Positions 47,072 through 57,015 of a stretch of DNA of 64,000 nucleotides are shown here, piece after piece; within the stretch, counting starts at the first letter, position 1; each line of letters begins with the position of its first letter. A program made the position numbers and the translations under genes. The notes below the pieces were generated by a model. It made no database searches, had not been told where the DNA came from, and saw nothing but the letters and a program-made list of their open reading frames with translations. Location of the stretch: NCBI GenBank assembly GCA_964652895.1, contig CAZZCH010000004.1:5809-69808 (forward strand), given 5' to 3'. The DNA comes from an uncultured Eubacteriales bacterium. Lineage in GTDB: Bacteria; Acidobacteriota; Aminicenantia; Aminicenantales; Saccharicenantaceae.

Positions 47072-49879
47072 CTAGTACCGCGGGTCCTTGAGGACAGAGG
47101 CGAAAGCGGTCTGTGTCTTGCCGTCGACCGAGAGGACGAACTTGTATTCGCCGGGCTGAATGGGGAACGAAGCGAAATTCGGGTCCCCGCCCATCCCGCC
47201 GTAGCCCATTTCACGCATCCGGCGGGCACCTTCCTGGGCGGCTTTCTTTTCTTCGGCCGTCCGTTCGCGCCTGCCGGTCATGTTCCAGAAGGCCTTATTC
47301 AACCCGATGTCGGCCGTGCCCTTGATCTCGTTGAGCAGCATGTTGCCGGCGTAGACCTGGAGCTTCACCTCGCCCTTGGGCTTGGCCTTGAAGCTGTAGT
47401 AAACGACCATCCCCGCGGGCTCGCTCTGTCCGGAGAAGTTCGAGGAACTTGATTCCCGTTGATTCCTACCGACCCAACGGACCTTGGATTCGATTGCGAA
47501 AAGATGGACGTCCTCGGCCAGGACCTCGGAGGTGAGCTCCTGGAGGGGCTTGATGTCGGCGATATAGGCGCCCCGGCCGTGCGTCGCGACGATGAGATCG
47601 GCCTCCCTCGAATGGATCTTGAGGTCGTGGATGGGCTGGGTAGGCATGTCGTTTGTCATCTTCAGCCACGCCTTCCCGCCGGCGGTCGAGACGTACACGC
47701 CGAAGTCGGTCCCGGCGAAGAGCAGGTTCGGGTTCTTGACGTCCTCGCGGACGACGTTGACCGGCCCCTCGGGCAGGCCGGCGGCGAGCGATATCCAGGT
47801 GGCGCCGTAGTCCGTCGTCTTGTAGACGAACGGGCGGAAATCGTCGTTCCGGAGACCCGTATAGCTGACGTAGGCCGTCCCCGGGTCAAAGTTCGAGGCC
47901 GCGACGCGGCTGACCCAGTAGCCTGGATTACCCACGATCTTATCGTTGAGCTTGGTCCAGGCCTTGCCGTTGTCCCGGCTGACCCAAACGTTCCCGTCGT
48001 CCGTGCCGGCCCAGAGAAGTCCGGGGACAAGAGGCGATTCGTCGAAGGTCGTGATCGTGCCGTACTGGATGTTGCCGTCGCCACCCTTCCCGTCGGCCTG
48101 CATCTTGGTCTTGTCGTTGGTCGACAGGTCGGGGCTGATCTCCGTCCAGGACTCGCCGCGATTGGTCGACATGACGACGATGTTGCCGCAATGGTAGACG
48201 GTGTCGCTGTTGTGGACGGAAACGTAGATGGGGGCGCACCAGTTCCAGCGCGTCTCGGGCTTCACCCGGCTGTAGGCGATGCCCTTGGTTTCTCCGGTCA
48301 CGAGGTCGACCCGGGAGAGGGGCCCGAACTGGGATTCGTTGTAGAGATAGCGGTTGGTCGCCCGGTCGAAGACGTTGTACATCCCGTCCCCGCCGCCGAC
48401 GGTGAACCAGTCCTCGAGGCGGATGGGCGGCCCGCTCGGCACGCCGCCGCCGGACCCCCGCCCCATCCCGAACCCCCCGCCGCCGGACCCGACGTTGGTG
48501 CTCGGCCCCATCAGAGAGCCGTTGTCCTGGAGGCCGCCGGCCACCCGGTAGGGATAGGACATGTCGAAGTCGATGGCGTAGAGCTGGGCCAGGGAAAGGA
48601 AGTCCGGATGGTACCAGTTCTTGCCGGCGTCCCAAGTCACGCCCATTCCGTGGTCGAAGCCGAGCAGCATGTGATTGCTGTCCCTGGGGTCGATCCAGAG
48701 GGCGTGATTGTCGCCGCCGAAGCGGAACGGGGATTCCCACGTCTTGCCCCCGTCGCGACTGCCCAGCACGCCGACGCTCAGGATGAAGACGTTCTCGTCG
48801 TTGTTCGGGTCGATGATGATCTGCCCGTAATAATATCCCGGCGCGCCGCCGATGCTCCGCTTTTCGGGGCTGACCTTGCGCCAGGTCGCGCCGGCGTCGT
48901 CCGTCCGGTAGATCTCGCCGTCGATCATGCCCTGGCTGGACTTGCCCTCGACGATCTCCTTCCAGCGGTCCTCGGCAGACATGTCCGGCTTGTTGCCGTT
49001 CTCGACCATGGCGTAGAGGACCTTCGGGTTCTTCGGAGAGATCGTCAGGCCGATGCGGCCGAGGATGCCCCCGGGCAGGCCGTTCGTGAGTTTCGTCCAG
49101 GTCCTGCCTCCGTCGGTCGACTTGTGGACGCCGGAGCCGGGTCCGCCCAGCTGGAACGTCCAGGGCTTGCGGAGCCGGTCATAGGAGGCGGCATAGAGCG
49201 TTTCCGGGTCGGCCGGGTCCATGACCAGGTCGACGACCCCGATCTTCCGGGCGTCGGCGACGACGTCGAGGACCTTGGTCCATAGGATGCCCCCGTCGGT
49301 CGTCTTGTAGACGCCACGCTCGGAATTTTCCGAGTAGAGGTGGCCCAAGGCGGCCACGTAGACCGTGTCGGGGTTGGCCGGGTTGATGAGGATCCGCCCG
49401 ATGTGGTGGGATTCTTTGAGCCCCATGTTGCGCCAGGTCTTGCCGGCGTCGACGGATTTATAGATGCCGTCCCCCCAGTAGGTCGAGCGCGAGTTGTTGG
49501 CCTCGCCCGAGCCCAGCCAGACGATGTCCGGATTGGACGGGGCTACGGCGACGTCGCCGATCGAGAAGACCTTCTCGTTCGTGAAAAGCGGCTCGAACGA
49601 CTGACCGTTGTTCTCCGTCTTCCACAGCCCGCCCGAAGCCGAGGCCGCGTAGAACGTGTTCGGCCTCTGGAGCGGGACGGCGAAATCGACGAACCGGCCG
49701 CTCTGCTGCGTCGGCCCGACGGAGCGATAGTCCAGGGCTTTCAGGATCTCCGCGGCGTTTAGGGGAACCGTGACCGGTGTCTTGGCCTTGACCTGGGCCC
49801 GGCCCTGGGACAGGACGCCCACCGGGGCGAGCGCGAGAAAAGCCATGACCAGGCCTGCGATCGTGAGCTTGCGTGTCAT
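47072..49879 (-). CDS. secreted BNR/Asp-box repeat, sortilin-Vps10-like beta-propeller protein
   Basis: Signal peptide, then repeated S-x-D-x-G-x-T-W Asp-box motifs (SVDAGKTW, TTDGGILW, STDGGRTW, TDDAGATW, SRDGGKTW, SRDNGKAW, TTDYGATW). 935 aa. Confidence 0.85.
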   Translation of the reverse strand: MTRKLTIAGLVMAFLALAPVGVLSQGRAQVKAKTPVTVPLNAAEILKALDYRSVGPTQQSGRFVDFAVPLQRPNTFYAASASGGLWKTENNGQSFEPLFTNEKVFSIGDVAVAPSNPDIVWLGSGEANNSRSTYWGDGIYKSVDAGKTWRNMGLKESHHIGRILINPANPDTVYVAALGHLYSENSERGVYKTTDGGILWTKVLDVVADARKIGVVDLVMDPADPETLYAASYDRLRKPWTFQLGGPGSGVHKSTDGGRTWTKLTNGLPGGILGRIGLTISPKNPKVLYAMVENGNKPDMSAEDRWKEIVEGKSSQGMIDGEIYRTDDAGATWRKVSPEKRSIGGAPGYYYGQIIIDPNNDENVFILSVGVLGSRDGGKTWESPFRFGGDNHALWIDPRDSNHMLLGFDHGMGVTWDAGKNWYHPDFLSLAQLYAIDFDMSYPYRVAGGLQDNGSLMGPSTNVGSGGGGFGMGRGSGGGVPSGPPIRLEDWFTVGGGDGMYNVFDRATNRYLYNESQFGPLSRVDLVTGETKGIAYSRVKPETRWNWCAPIYVSVHNSDTVYHCGNIVVMSTNRGESWTEISPDLSTNDKTKMQADGKGGDGNIQYGTITTFDESPLVPGLLWAGTDDGNVWVSRDNGKAWTKLNDKIVGNPGYWVSRVAASNFDPGTAYVSYTGLRNDDFRPFVYKTTDYGATWISLAAGLPEGPVNVVREDVKNPNLLFAGTDFGVYVSTAGGKAWLKMTNDMPTQPIHDLKIHSREADLIVATHGRGAYIADIKPLQELTSEVLAEDVHLFAIESKVRWVGRNQRESSSSNFSGQSEPAGMVVYYSFKAKPKGEVKLQVYAGNMLLNEIKGTADIGLNKAFWNMTGRRERTAEEKKAAQEGARRMREMGYGGMGGDPNFASFPIQPGEYKFVLSVDGKTQTAFASVLKDPRY

Positions 49880-49892
49880 CGAAGGACCTCCT

Positions 49893-51014
49893 TTAATTAT
49901 TCATGATTTTATATATGACGTTCTTGGCGGCGAGCTCGGCCAGGACGGCACGGAACGACGCTTCGTCCGCTCCGATGAATTCGGGCGGGCAGACGCCCTT
50001 GCGGCCGAATTTGCGAGCCAGGACGAGGCGGGCGACGGCCGTCGCCGGAAAGCCCGTCGTCCGGGCCATCGAGGAGAATCCGCTCGTTCTGTCCCGGCGG
50101 TCGAAAAGGCTGTAGGTGTAACGCTTCGGACGCCCGCCTTCCTGGCCCTCGACGATGATGCGCATGATCGTGAACTCGTCGTCCTCCTCGTGGAGGCGCC
50201 AGTGCTTGAAGAGGACGGCCGAAGTGACATCGAGGGGCCGGACGGTCGATCCGCGGACCTCGATCTCCTCCCGGCCGAAGAAGCCGCTGTCGCGCAGGGC
50301 CTTGATGTGCCCGACGTGACCGGGGTAACGGAGGGTCTTCTCGATCATGTTCGGGACCTTCATGGTCGCGATGAGCGAGCGGAGGCCGTCGGAATTGAAG
50401 GCCTCGAGCGTACCAATCTCGGGGAAATCCATGTTCTCGACGTCCGAGAGGGCGGGCTTGACGACGACATGGCCGTTCTCGACGTAGCGGGCCGGCCGGG
50501 TGTATTCCTCGATGACGTCGGCCGGCGAAAAAGGGGCCTTGTATTCGAACGGGAATTCCCGCCGGAACGGCAGCCCCCCGACATAGCACTGGAAGCGTCC
50601 GACCGACATCCGGGCGGCGTGATAGCCGAGGATCATGTTGCTCATCCCCGGCGCGACCCCGCAGTCGACGACGGCCGTCACCCCGGCCTTCCGTGCGGCC
50701 TCGTCCAGGAGGAGGGAGTCCTCGGGGAAGAAGGAGATGTCCACGACGTCCTTCCCGGCGGCGATGACCTCCCGCAGGGTGGCGAAGCCCATAGACCCGG
50801 GCACGGCCCCGACGACGAGATCGCAGTCGCGGACGACGTTCCGGACGACGGCGGCGTCCGACAAGTCCGCCCGCCGCCGCTTGACCGGAGCCTTTTTGAG
50901 CCCCTCCAGGTTGGCCGGACTGACGTCGACCGCGGTGATATCGAAATTCGCGGCCAGGTCCGTCGCCATGACCCGGCCGACCATTCCCGAACCCAGGACA
51001 ATGATCTTCTTCAT
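49893..51014 (-). CDS. saccharopine dehydrogenase family oxidoreductase (lysine 6-dehydrogenase-like)
   Basis: Rossmann motif IIVLGSGMVG. Length and C-terminal domain are typical of the Sacchrp_dh family. Its stop is followed by AGGAGG and the BNR gene start. Confidence 0.8.
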   Translation of the reverse strand: MKKIIVLGSGMVGRVMATDLAANFDITAVDVSPANLEGLKKAPVKRRRADLSDAAVVRNVVRDCDLVVGAVPGSMGFATLREVIAAGKDVVDISFFPEDSLLLDEAARKAGVTAVVDCGVAPGMSNMILGYHAARMSVGRFQCYVGGLPFRREFPFEYKAPFSPADVIEEYTRPARYVENGHVVVKPALSDVENMDFPEIGTLEAFNSDGLRSLIATMKVPNMIEKTLRYPGHVGHIKALRDSGFFGREEIEVRGSTVRPLDVTSAVLFKHWRLHEEDDEFTIMRIIVEGQEGGRPKRYTYSLFDRRDRTSGFSSMARTTGFPATAVARLVLARKFGRKGVCPPEFIGADEASFRAVLAELAAKNVIYKIMNN

Positions 51015-51149
51015 AAAATCTCCGCGAGAAGTTGGTCAGTGGAATACTATATATCAGGAGAGGCGCGCGTTCAATCCCCTTCGCGGGATTTCAGAAGGGT
51101 TTACATTTCGCGACCCGGACGCTATCATACCCCAAACGACTAAAGACGT

Positions 51150-52283
51150 ATGATGATCAGACGCTCGTCTCTCCTGGCCGTCCTGATGATAGGAGCCGGC
51201 CTTCTCGCTCCGGGCCGCGTGTCCGCCCAGGACGTTCCGGCCGCGAGTTCGGAAAATAAGCCCGTAAAACCCAAGGAGGCCTACAAGGCCCACCTCATCG
51301 CCTTCCCTTTTATCAATTACTCTCCCGAAACAAAACTCGCGTTCGGCGCCGGCGGCATCCTCAATTTCCGGGCGGGACGCAATAAGGAACAAACCCGGGC
51401 TTCCACCGTCTGGGCTTTCGGGTCCTACACGCTGGCCAGGCAGTTCCAGGTCGTGGTTAGGCCCGAGATCTATTTCGAACGCAACAGCTTCTTCCTGAGC
51501 GGCAATCTCCGCTACGAGAGGACGCCCCAAAAATTTTTCGGCATCGGCAGCGAGGCGCCCTCGACCGCCGAGGAATCCTATACGCCGGAGATCATGACCG
51601 TCCAAGTGGGCGTGAAGAAGAAATTCCTGGGCCACTTATTCGCCGGCATTCGGTATGATTTCGAGCAGATGACGATGGAAAAGGTCAAGCCCGGCGGCAT
51701 CCTCAGTTCGGGAAGCCTCACGGGAAGCCGCGGCGGCCTCTGCTCCGGGTTCAGCATTAGCCTCGACTGGGACACCCGCGACGGCGTTCTCTACCCCCGC
51801 AAGGGTGTTTTTTTCCTGGTCGCGGCCGACACCTATGGCGCCATGTCCGGGAGCGATTTCGCGTACACCAGCTTCAAGATCGATTGCCGCGAATATTTCC
51901 TCGTTGCGCCCAACCAAGTCCTGACCCTCCAAGTGTATATCAAGTCGACTGGCGGTGACGTCCCCTTCCACAAACTCGCCTTGCTCGGCGGAGAGTCCCT
52001 CATGCGCGGCTATTACAAGGGGCGTTTCCGGGATAAGAACCTCATGGCCGTCCAGGCCGAATACCGGGTGATGGCGACGAAAAGGATCGGCGTCGTCGGG
52101 TTCGCCGGTCTGGCCGACGTCTTCCCCGACTTCTCGGAACTGGGTTTCAAAACGATCAAATTTTCGGCCGGCACCGGTCTCCGCTACATGGTGAACAGAC
52201 GGGAGGGTACGACCCTGCGCATGGACATGGCCTGGGGCCAAGCGAGCTTCGGTCTCTACTTCACGGCCCAGGAGGCCTTTTAG
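51150..52283 (+). CDS. Omp85/BamA-family outer-membrane beta-barrel (surface antigen domain only, no POTRA)
   Basis: Signal peptide. Alternating beta-strand pattern. C-terminal ...GLYFTAQEAF ends in an aromatic residue. Confidence 0.7.
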   Translation: MMIRRSSLLAVLMIGAGLLAPGRVSAQDVPAASSENKPVKPKEAYKAHLIAFPFINYSPETKLAFGAGGILNFRAGRNKEQTRASTVWAFGSYTLARQFQVVVRPEIYFERNSFFLSGNLRYERTPQKFFGIGSEAPSTAEESYTPEIMTVQVGVKKKFLGHLFAGIRYDFEQMTMEKVKPGGILSSGSLTGSRGGLCSGFSISLDWDTRDGVLYPRKGVFFLVAADTYGAMSGSDFAYTSFKIDCREYFLVAPNQVLTLQVYIKSTGGDVPFHKLALLGGESLMRGYYKGRFRDKNLMAVQAEYRVMATKRIGVVGFAGLADVFPDFSELGFKTIKFSAGTGLRYMVNRREGTTLRMDMAWGQASFGLYFTAQEAF

Positions 52284-52298
52284 CCGGAAGCGGACGGT

Positions 52299-52751
52299 CT
52301 ATTTCGCGAGTTCCGATGTGCAATGCGGGCAGCGGACCGCCTTGAGCGGGACGGCCGTCGCGCAGAACGGACATTCTTTCGTCGTCGGGGCCGGGGCGGG
52401 GGCCTCGGCTTTCCTCTTCATCCGGTTCATGCTCCGGATCATCAAGAAGAGCGCGAAGGCGACGATGAGGAAGCTGATGATCTTGCTGATGAAGGCCCCG
52501 TAGTTGAGGGTGACCGCGCCGGCCTGCTGGGCGGCGGCGAGCGAGGCGTAGGGGCCCGGCGTCGGACCGGATGTCAGGAGCACGTAGAGGTTGGCGAAAT
52601 CGACCCTGCCCAGGAGCAGCCCGATCGGCGGCATGAGGACGTCGGCGACGAGCGACGTGACGATGGCCCCGAAGGCGGCGCCGATGATGATGCCCACGGC
52701 CATGTCGAGGACCGAGCCGCGCATGGCGAATTCGCGGAATTCTTTGAACAT
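52299..52751 (-). CDS. mscL: large-conductance mechanosensitive channel with a C-terminal zinc-ribbon extension
   Basis: [35 protein letters not shown] is the MscL signature. The tail is CPFC-x13-CPHC. Confidence 0.9.
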   Translation of the reverse strand: MFKEFREFAMRGSVLDMAVGIIIGAAFGAIVTSLVADVLMPPIGLLLGRVDFANLYVLLTSGPTPGPYASLAAAQQAGAVTLNYGAFISKIISFLIVAFALFLMIRSMNRMKRKAEAPAPAPTTKECPFCATAVPLKAVRCPHCTSELAK

Positions 52752-52783
52752 TCTTCCCTCCTCAAGGAGCGCTATGCTCAGTT

Positions 52784-52811
52784 TTTATACGAACCCGGGG
52801 ATGCTTGTCAA
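52784..52811 (-). promoter_or_regulatory. candidate sigma-70 promoter for mscL
   Basis: On the minus strand: TTGACA (52811..52806, overlapping the GH127 stop), 16-nt spacer, TATAAA (52789..52784). A GAGGAGGG RBS lies before ATG 52751. Confidence 0.5.
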
Positions 52812-54838
52812 TCCTTGACGACCGGGAAAACGGAGATGCGCAGGCGGGCGCAGCCCATGGGAACGAGTTCGACCTCCACGACCGGGCCTTCCCCCTGGGC
52901 GGGGCTCGGTGGGACGAGGCCGGCCATCCGTCCTTCCTCTTTCCAGCCGGAGACGCGGCGGGCCATCGCCTTGAGAACGATCGGAGCCCCGTCCGGCGTG
53001 AAGGGCTGATAAGCGGGAGTTCGTCTGGCCGATAACCCGATGGACGGACCGGACCCCTTTCCCTCGAGAAAAAGGCCATAATTCCAAGGAGTTGTCGGCA
53101 GGACCTCATAGGCCGGCCAGGCGTCCGTTCCGCCGTACCTCTTCCACTCCTCCCCTATCTTGAGCGAGTACCAGAGGGGACCTCGGCGGACGGAGACGGC
53201 GCCGCGGACGGACGGCCACGTGACGATCTCGATGGCCGGGGCGAATTCCAGCCGGACCTGGTCGCCGTGCCGCCACGATCGGCGCAGAACGGCGTATCGG
53301 CCGCCGCGGAACTCTCCCTCGAGCGGGTGGCCATTGAGGAGGACCCGGACGTTCGCCGCCCAGCCGGGAAGACGCAGGTAGAGCGGAAATTCGACCGGCC
53401 GCTCGCAGGAGACCGTGATCCGGATCTCGTCCTCGAACGGATAGAACGTCTCCTCCGATAGGACCACCTCGGTCCCGTCGGCGACCTTGGCCTTCACCGT
53501 GGACGGCGCGTAGATCACGGCCGCCAACCCGTTGTCCGCCGTCGCCATCCAGAGATGCTCGGCGAAATACGGCCAGCCGAAGGCCACATTGTGCTGGCAG
53601 CAGCGATAGCTCCAGGGGTCGAAGGAAACGAGCGTCCCGGAGTTCTGGAAATCGTGCTCGCCCGTGCTGTCGCAGGATATAAGGTTCGGCGCGGTCAGGT
53701 AGTGAAGGCCCTTGAGGTCGGGCGTCATCGACGCCGGCAGGGAGTTGAAGGCGACCTCCTCGGCCCGGTCGGCCCAAACGGCCTCGCCGGTGATCTTGAG
53801 GAGGGACTCGAAGCTGGCCATGAATTCCACCATGCTGCACGTTTCCGCGCCCTGGCGGGGATCCTCTTTTCCCAGCCGGATGTTCTCGTCCGCCCCGAAC
53901 ATCCCGCCCGGCTGGCGGCCGTATCGGTCCATGACCTGGCGGTAGTTGCGCTCTACGGCCTCGAGGGCGTTCCGGTCCCGCGCCTGTTGGAAATAGACGG
54001 CCGGCTGGCGGAACCCCATGGCGATGTTGACGCCGTGGTAGAACGAGCTTTCAAGCGGCTCCTTGTCCCGCGCCGGAGTGAGGATCGGCGAGGTCCAATC
54101 CGATGTCCGTTCTAAGAGTCTCCGGGCGAGATCGAGAAGGAATTTCTCTCCCGTCCGGTTGTAGAGCCAATAGACGCTCTCCAAGTTCTCCCCTCCCCTC
54201 AGTTTCTGCCAGCTTTCCGGCAGGAGGTCTTCCGCGGCCAGGTGAAATTCGTACTGGAAATAGCGGCTCATGAGGGAGAGGACGCGGCGGTCGCCCGTCG
54301 CCTCGTAAAAGCTCCGCAGGGCCGCCAGCATGACCATGTTCGGCCAGAGGTCCCGCGCGGCGCGGTTATCTACGGGCCCGAAATAGCCGTCCCGCGCCTG
54401 CGACTTGAAAGCCCGGACGAGCCAACGCTCGGTCTCCCTGCGGATCGCAGAGTCCTTGAGAAGATAGCCGAGGTCGCCATAGCCCTTGAGCCAGTAGGGC
54501 ATCTCCTCCCAGCCCTTGCCCTTGAGCGTGATCCAGCCGCTGTCGTCCCTGAGAAAACGGCTGAGCTCGGGGAGCCGTCCGGTCAAGCCGTCCCGCATGA
54601 GCTGGAGTTGGGCCATGAGCCAGCCGCGGGGCTCGACCGCCCCGATCGGAAGCTTGACCAAAGGGCTGACCGTTAGGGGCACTCTGTTGGAGGGATAGTG
54701 GATGTTCGGCACCACGGACGGCGGGACGTCCACGGTGGCCGCTTCTTGGAGGCCCGTTTTAGAAGCGGCGGAAGAGACGATCCGCGATTGGAGGAATACG
54801 AGCGCCAGGAGAAGCGCCGGGATGAGCAGATATTTCAT
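52808..54838 (-). CDS. glycoside hydrolase family 127 (beta-L-arabinofuranosidase-like, DUF1680)
   Basis: Start set at ATG 54838 (signal peptide MKYLLIPALLLALVFL; ATGA overlap with the upstream stop). GH127-type Zn/Cys motifs AETCSMVE and YRCCQHN. Confidence 0.85.
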   Translation of the reverse strand: MKYLLIPALLLALVFLQSRIVSSAASKTGLQEAATVDVPPSVVPNIHYPSNRVPLTVSPLVKLPIGAVEPRGWLMAQLQLMRDGLTGRLPELSRFLRDDSGWITLKGKGWEEMPYWLKGYGDLGYLLKDSAIRRETERWLVRAFKSQARDGYFGPVDNRAARDLWPNMVMLAALRSFYEATGDRRVLSLMSRYFQYEFHLAAEDLLPESWQKLRGGENLESVYWLYNRTGEKFLLDLARRLLERTSDWTSPILTPARDKEPLESSFYHGVNIAMGFRQPAVYFQQARDRNALEAVERNYRQVMDRYGRQPGGMFGADENIRLGKEDPRQGAETCSMVEFMASFESLLKITGEAVWADRAEEVAFNSLPASMTPDLKGLHYLTAPNLISCDSTGEHDFQNSGTLVSFDPWSYRCCQHNVAFGWPYFAEHLWMATADNGLAAVIYAPSTVKAKVADGTEVVLSEETFYPFEDEIRITVSCERPVEFPLYLRLPGWAANVRVLLNGHPLEGEFRGGRYAVLRRSWRHGDQVRLEFAPAIEIVTWPSVRGAVSVRRGPLWYSLKIGEEWKRYGGTDAWPAYEVLPTTPWNYGLFLEGKGSGPSIGLSARRTPAYQPFTPDGAPIVLKAMARRVSGWKEEGRMAGLVPPSPAQGEGPVVEVELVPMGCARLRISVFPVVKD

Positions 54839-57015
54839 CGGATCCGCGATCGGCACTCCCGGATCATGGCGTCCATGCTTTCGACCTGGGCCGGGGAAAG
54901 GATCTTCGTGTATCTCTCCTTGAACTTGACGAAGCTCTCCAGGGCCTTCTCGAAGTCGCCGGCCTTGAACGCGGCCTGGGCCAGATTGTAGAGGGCCGAG
55001 GTATAGTCCGGGGAGAGCTTGAGCGCCCTCTCGAACTCCGGTATGGCCAGCCGAGGTTCGCCGCCCTGCAGGTAGGCGTATCCCATTCCGTTATGGCTCG
55101 ACGGGTCTTCGGGATTGAGTCCCAGGGCTTTCCGATAATAATCGAGCGAGGTCTTGTAGGCGGCGGAGTCCTTGGAACGGACGAAGAAGGCGAAATAGAG
55201 GTCACCTAAGTTGCGGTAAAAAATATAGTTGCCGTCATCCAGGGCCACGGCCTTGCGGAAGGCGTCGAGGGCTTTTTCCAACTCGCCCTTGTTCAGGTAG
55301 GCGACGCCGAGGTCGTTCCAGCTCTCGGGGATCTCGGCGAAGGCGTTGCCGCCGGAGGCCGTGAGCATCTGGATGACGTCGTCGAATTTCCCGGACTCAT
55401 TCAGAAAATGAATGTAGTAAGACGCGAAGCTGATGTTGCCGGGGATGGCCTCGGCCCCCTTTTTCATGACGGCGATGGCCAGGTCCACTCTCCCCTGCCC
55501 GGAATAGATCTGGGCCAGCGTCGGGTAGGTGATGTCGAGGTCGGGCCGCTCCTGCATGACTTCCTCGAGGAGGGCGATGCCTTCGGCCCGGTGCCCGCTT
55601 TCGTAGAGACTGCGGCCCCGGGTCGCCTTGGCGTGAAAGGGCAGCATGGTTTTCGGGTCATCGCTCGGACCGAATTTGTCCTTACGCCCGGCCGTCGCGC
55701 TGGAGACATAGCCCAGGCTCCGCAGTTTTTCGAGGGCCCGCGCGTCAAGGCTGGCCGATTGTCCCTCGCCTGCCACGGGAGAGATCCCCCCCGTCACTTC
55801 GGCCAATTTGTCCCTGAGCTTTTTCACGCTTTGTCCGGGGAGCAAGTTCGCCGTCTCGTCGAAGTCCCCGGCGATGTCGAAGGCCTCGGGGATCGGCGAA
55901 TCGATGAATTTTTCCGGCCCTTGGAGGTAGCCGTAGAGCGGGGCCCAGCCCCGACTGTAATAGGGATAAAGGGTTTCGAAGTAGAAACTCCGCCGGGGAA
56001 GCGTCTGGCCCCGGGTCGCCGGGAGGATCGAAATCCCCTGAAGGCCTTTCGGCTTGGCGACGCCCAGAAGCTCGCAAATGGTCGGGAAGATGTCCATGTG
56101 GACGACGGTCTGTTCCACCCGGCCCGGTTTCAAGCCGGGCGCACAGATGATGAGGGGTATCCAAAGGGTCGTATTGTAGGCGAAGTAGCCATGGGTCTCT
56201 TCGCCGTGCTGGCCGAGGCCTTCGCCGTGGTCCCCGGTGAGAACGATGACCGTGTTCGCCCCGTTCTCCTTTTTTTCGACGGCCGCGAGGAGCTTCTTCA
56301 TGACCGAATCGACATAGGCCACTTCGCCGGTGTAGAGGTGGTCTTTGAACCGGGTCAGGAACGGCTCCGGGGGCTCATAGGGATCATGCGGATCGAAGCA
56401 ATGCACCCAGAGGAACCAGGGGCCGGCCTGGCCGTCGAGCCAACGGAGCGCGCTCGACACGACGGCGTCGGCCTTTCTCTCCCGGTATTCTTGCCGGCGG
56501 GCGGAATGTCCCTCGAAAGCGTCGTCGTAGACGTCAAAGCCCTGGCCCAACCCGAACTGCGAATCCAGCGGGAATCCCCCGACGAAGGCGCCCGTGGCAT
56601 AGCCCAGACCCTTGAGATGCTCGGCCAGGGTCAACTGTTCCGGGCCGACGCGGAAATGGGCGTTGTCGTGGACACCGTGATGGAGAGGATCCTTGCCGAG
56701 CATGATCGTCGTATGCGAAGGCAGGGTCAGCGGGACCTGGGCGAAGGCCCTCTCGAAGACGATCCCCTTCTCGGCCAGGCCGTCGATCGCCTCTGTCTTG
56801 AGCATGGGGCTTCCATAGCAGCTCAGCCGGTCCGGTCGCAACGTATCAATGGTGATGATCAAGAGGTTGGGCTTCGCCCCGGCACTCCCCGACGAACCTC
56901 CGGACCCGGCGGCGGACGCGCCGCCAAGGAGGAAGACCGCCAGAACGAGGCCAGCCCGGAGGGGCAGGCTCGCCGCAAAGCTATCGGCACTTCCGGATGA
57001 GGGCATTGATCTCAT
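54835..57015 (-). CDS. sulfatase-fold (alkaline phosphatase superfamily) + TPR protein, paralog 1
   Basis: Signal peptide. IITIDTLRPDRLSCYG, PLTLPSHTTIMLG, VLTGDHGEGLGQHGE, then a TPR array. An alternative start at 57006 is possible. Confidence 0.85.
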   Translation of the reverse strand: MRSMPSSGSADSFAASLPLRAGLVLAVFLLGGASAAGSGGSSGSAGAKPNLLIITIDTLRPDRLSCYGSPMLKTEAIDGLAEKGIVFERAFAQVPLTLPSHTTIMLGKDPLHHGVHDNAHFRVGPEQLTLAEHLKGLGYATGAFVGGFPLDSQFGLGQGFDVYDDAFEGHSARRQEYRERKADAVVSSALRWLDGQAGPWFLWVHCFDPHDPYEPPEPFLTRFKDHLYTGEVAYVDSVMKKLLAAVEKKENGANTVIVLTGDHGEGLGQHGEETHGYFAYNTTLWIPLIICAPGLKPGRVEQTVVHMDIFPTICELLGVAKPKGLQGISILPATRGQTLPRRSFYFETLYPYYSRGWAPLYGYLQGPEKFIDSPIPEAFDIAGDFDETANLLPGQSVKKLRDKLAEVTGGISPVAGEGQSASLDARALEKLRSLGYVSSATAGRKDKFGPSDDPKTMLPFHAKATRGRSLYESGHRAEGIALLEEVMQERPDLDITYPTLAQIYSGQGRVDLAIAVMKKGAEAIPGNISFASYYIHFLNESGKFDDVIQMLTASGGNAFAEIPESWNDLGVAYLNKGELEKALDAFRKAVALDDGNYIFYRNLGDLYFAFFVRSKDSAAYKTSLDYYRKALGLNPEDPSSHNGMGYAYLQGGEPRLAIPEFERALKLSPDYTSALYNLAQAAFKAGDFEKALESFVKFKERYTKILSPAQVESMDAMIRECRSRIR

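Noticed and set aside
47459-49285. 608-aa plus-strand ORF
   Set aside because: It is antisense to the BNR/Vps10-like gene, which carries repeated Asp-box motifs.
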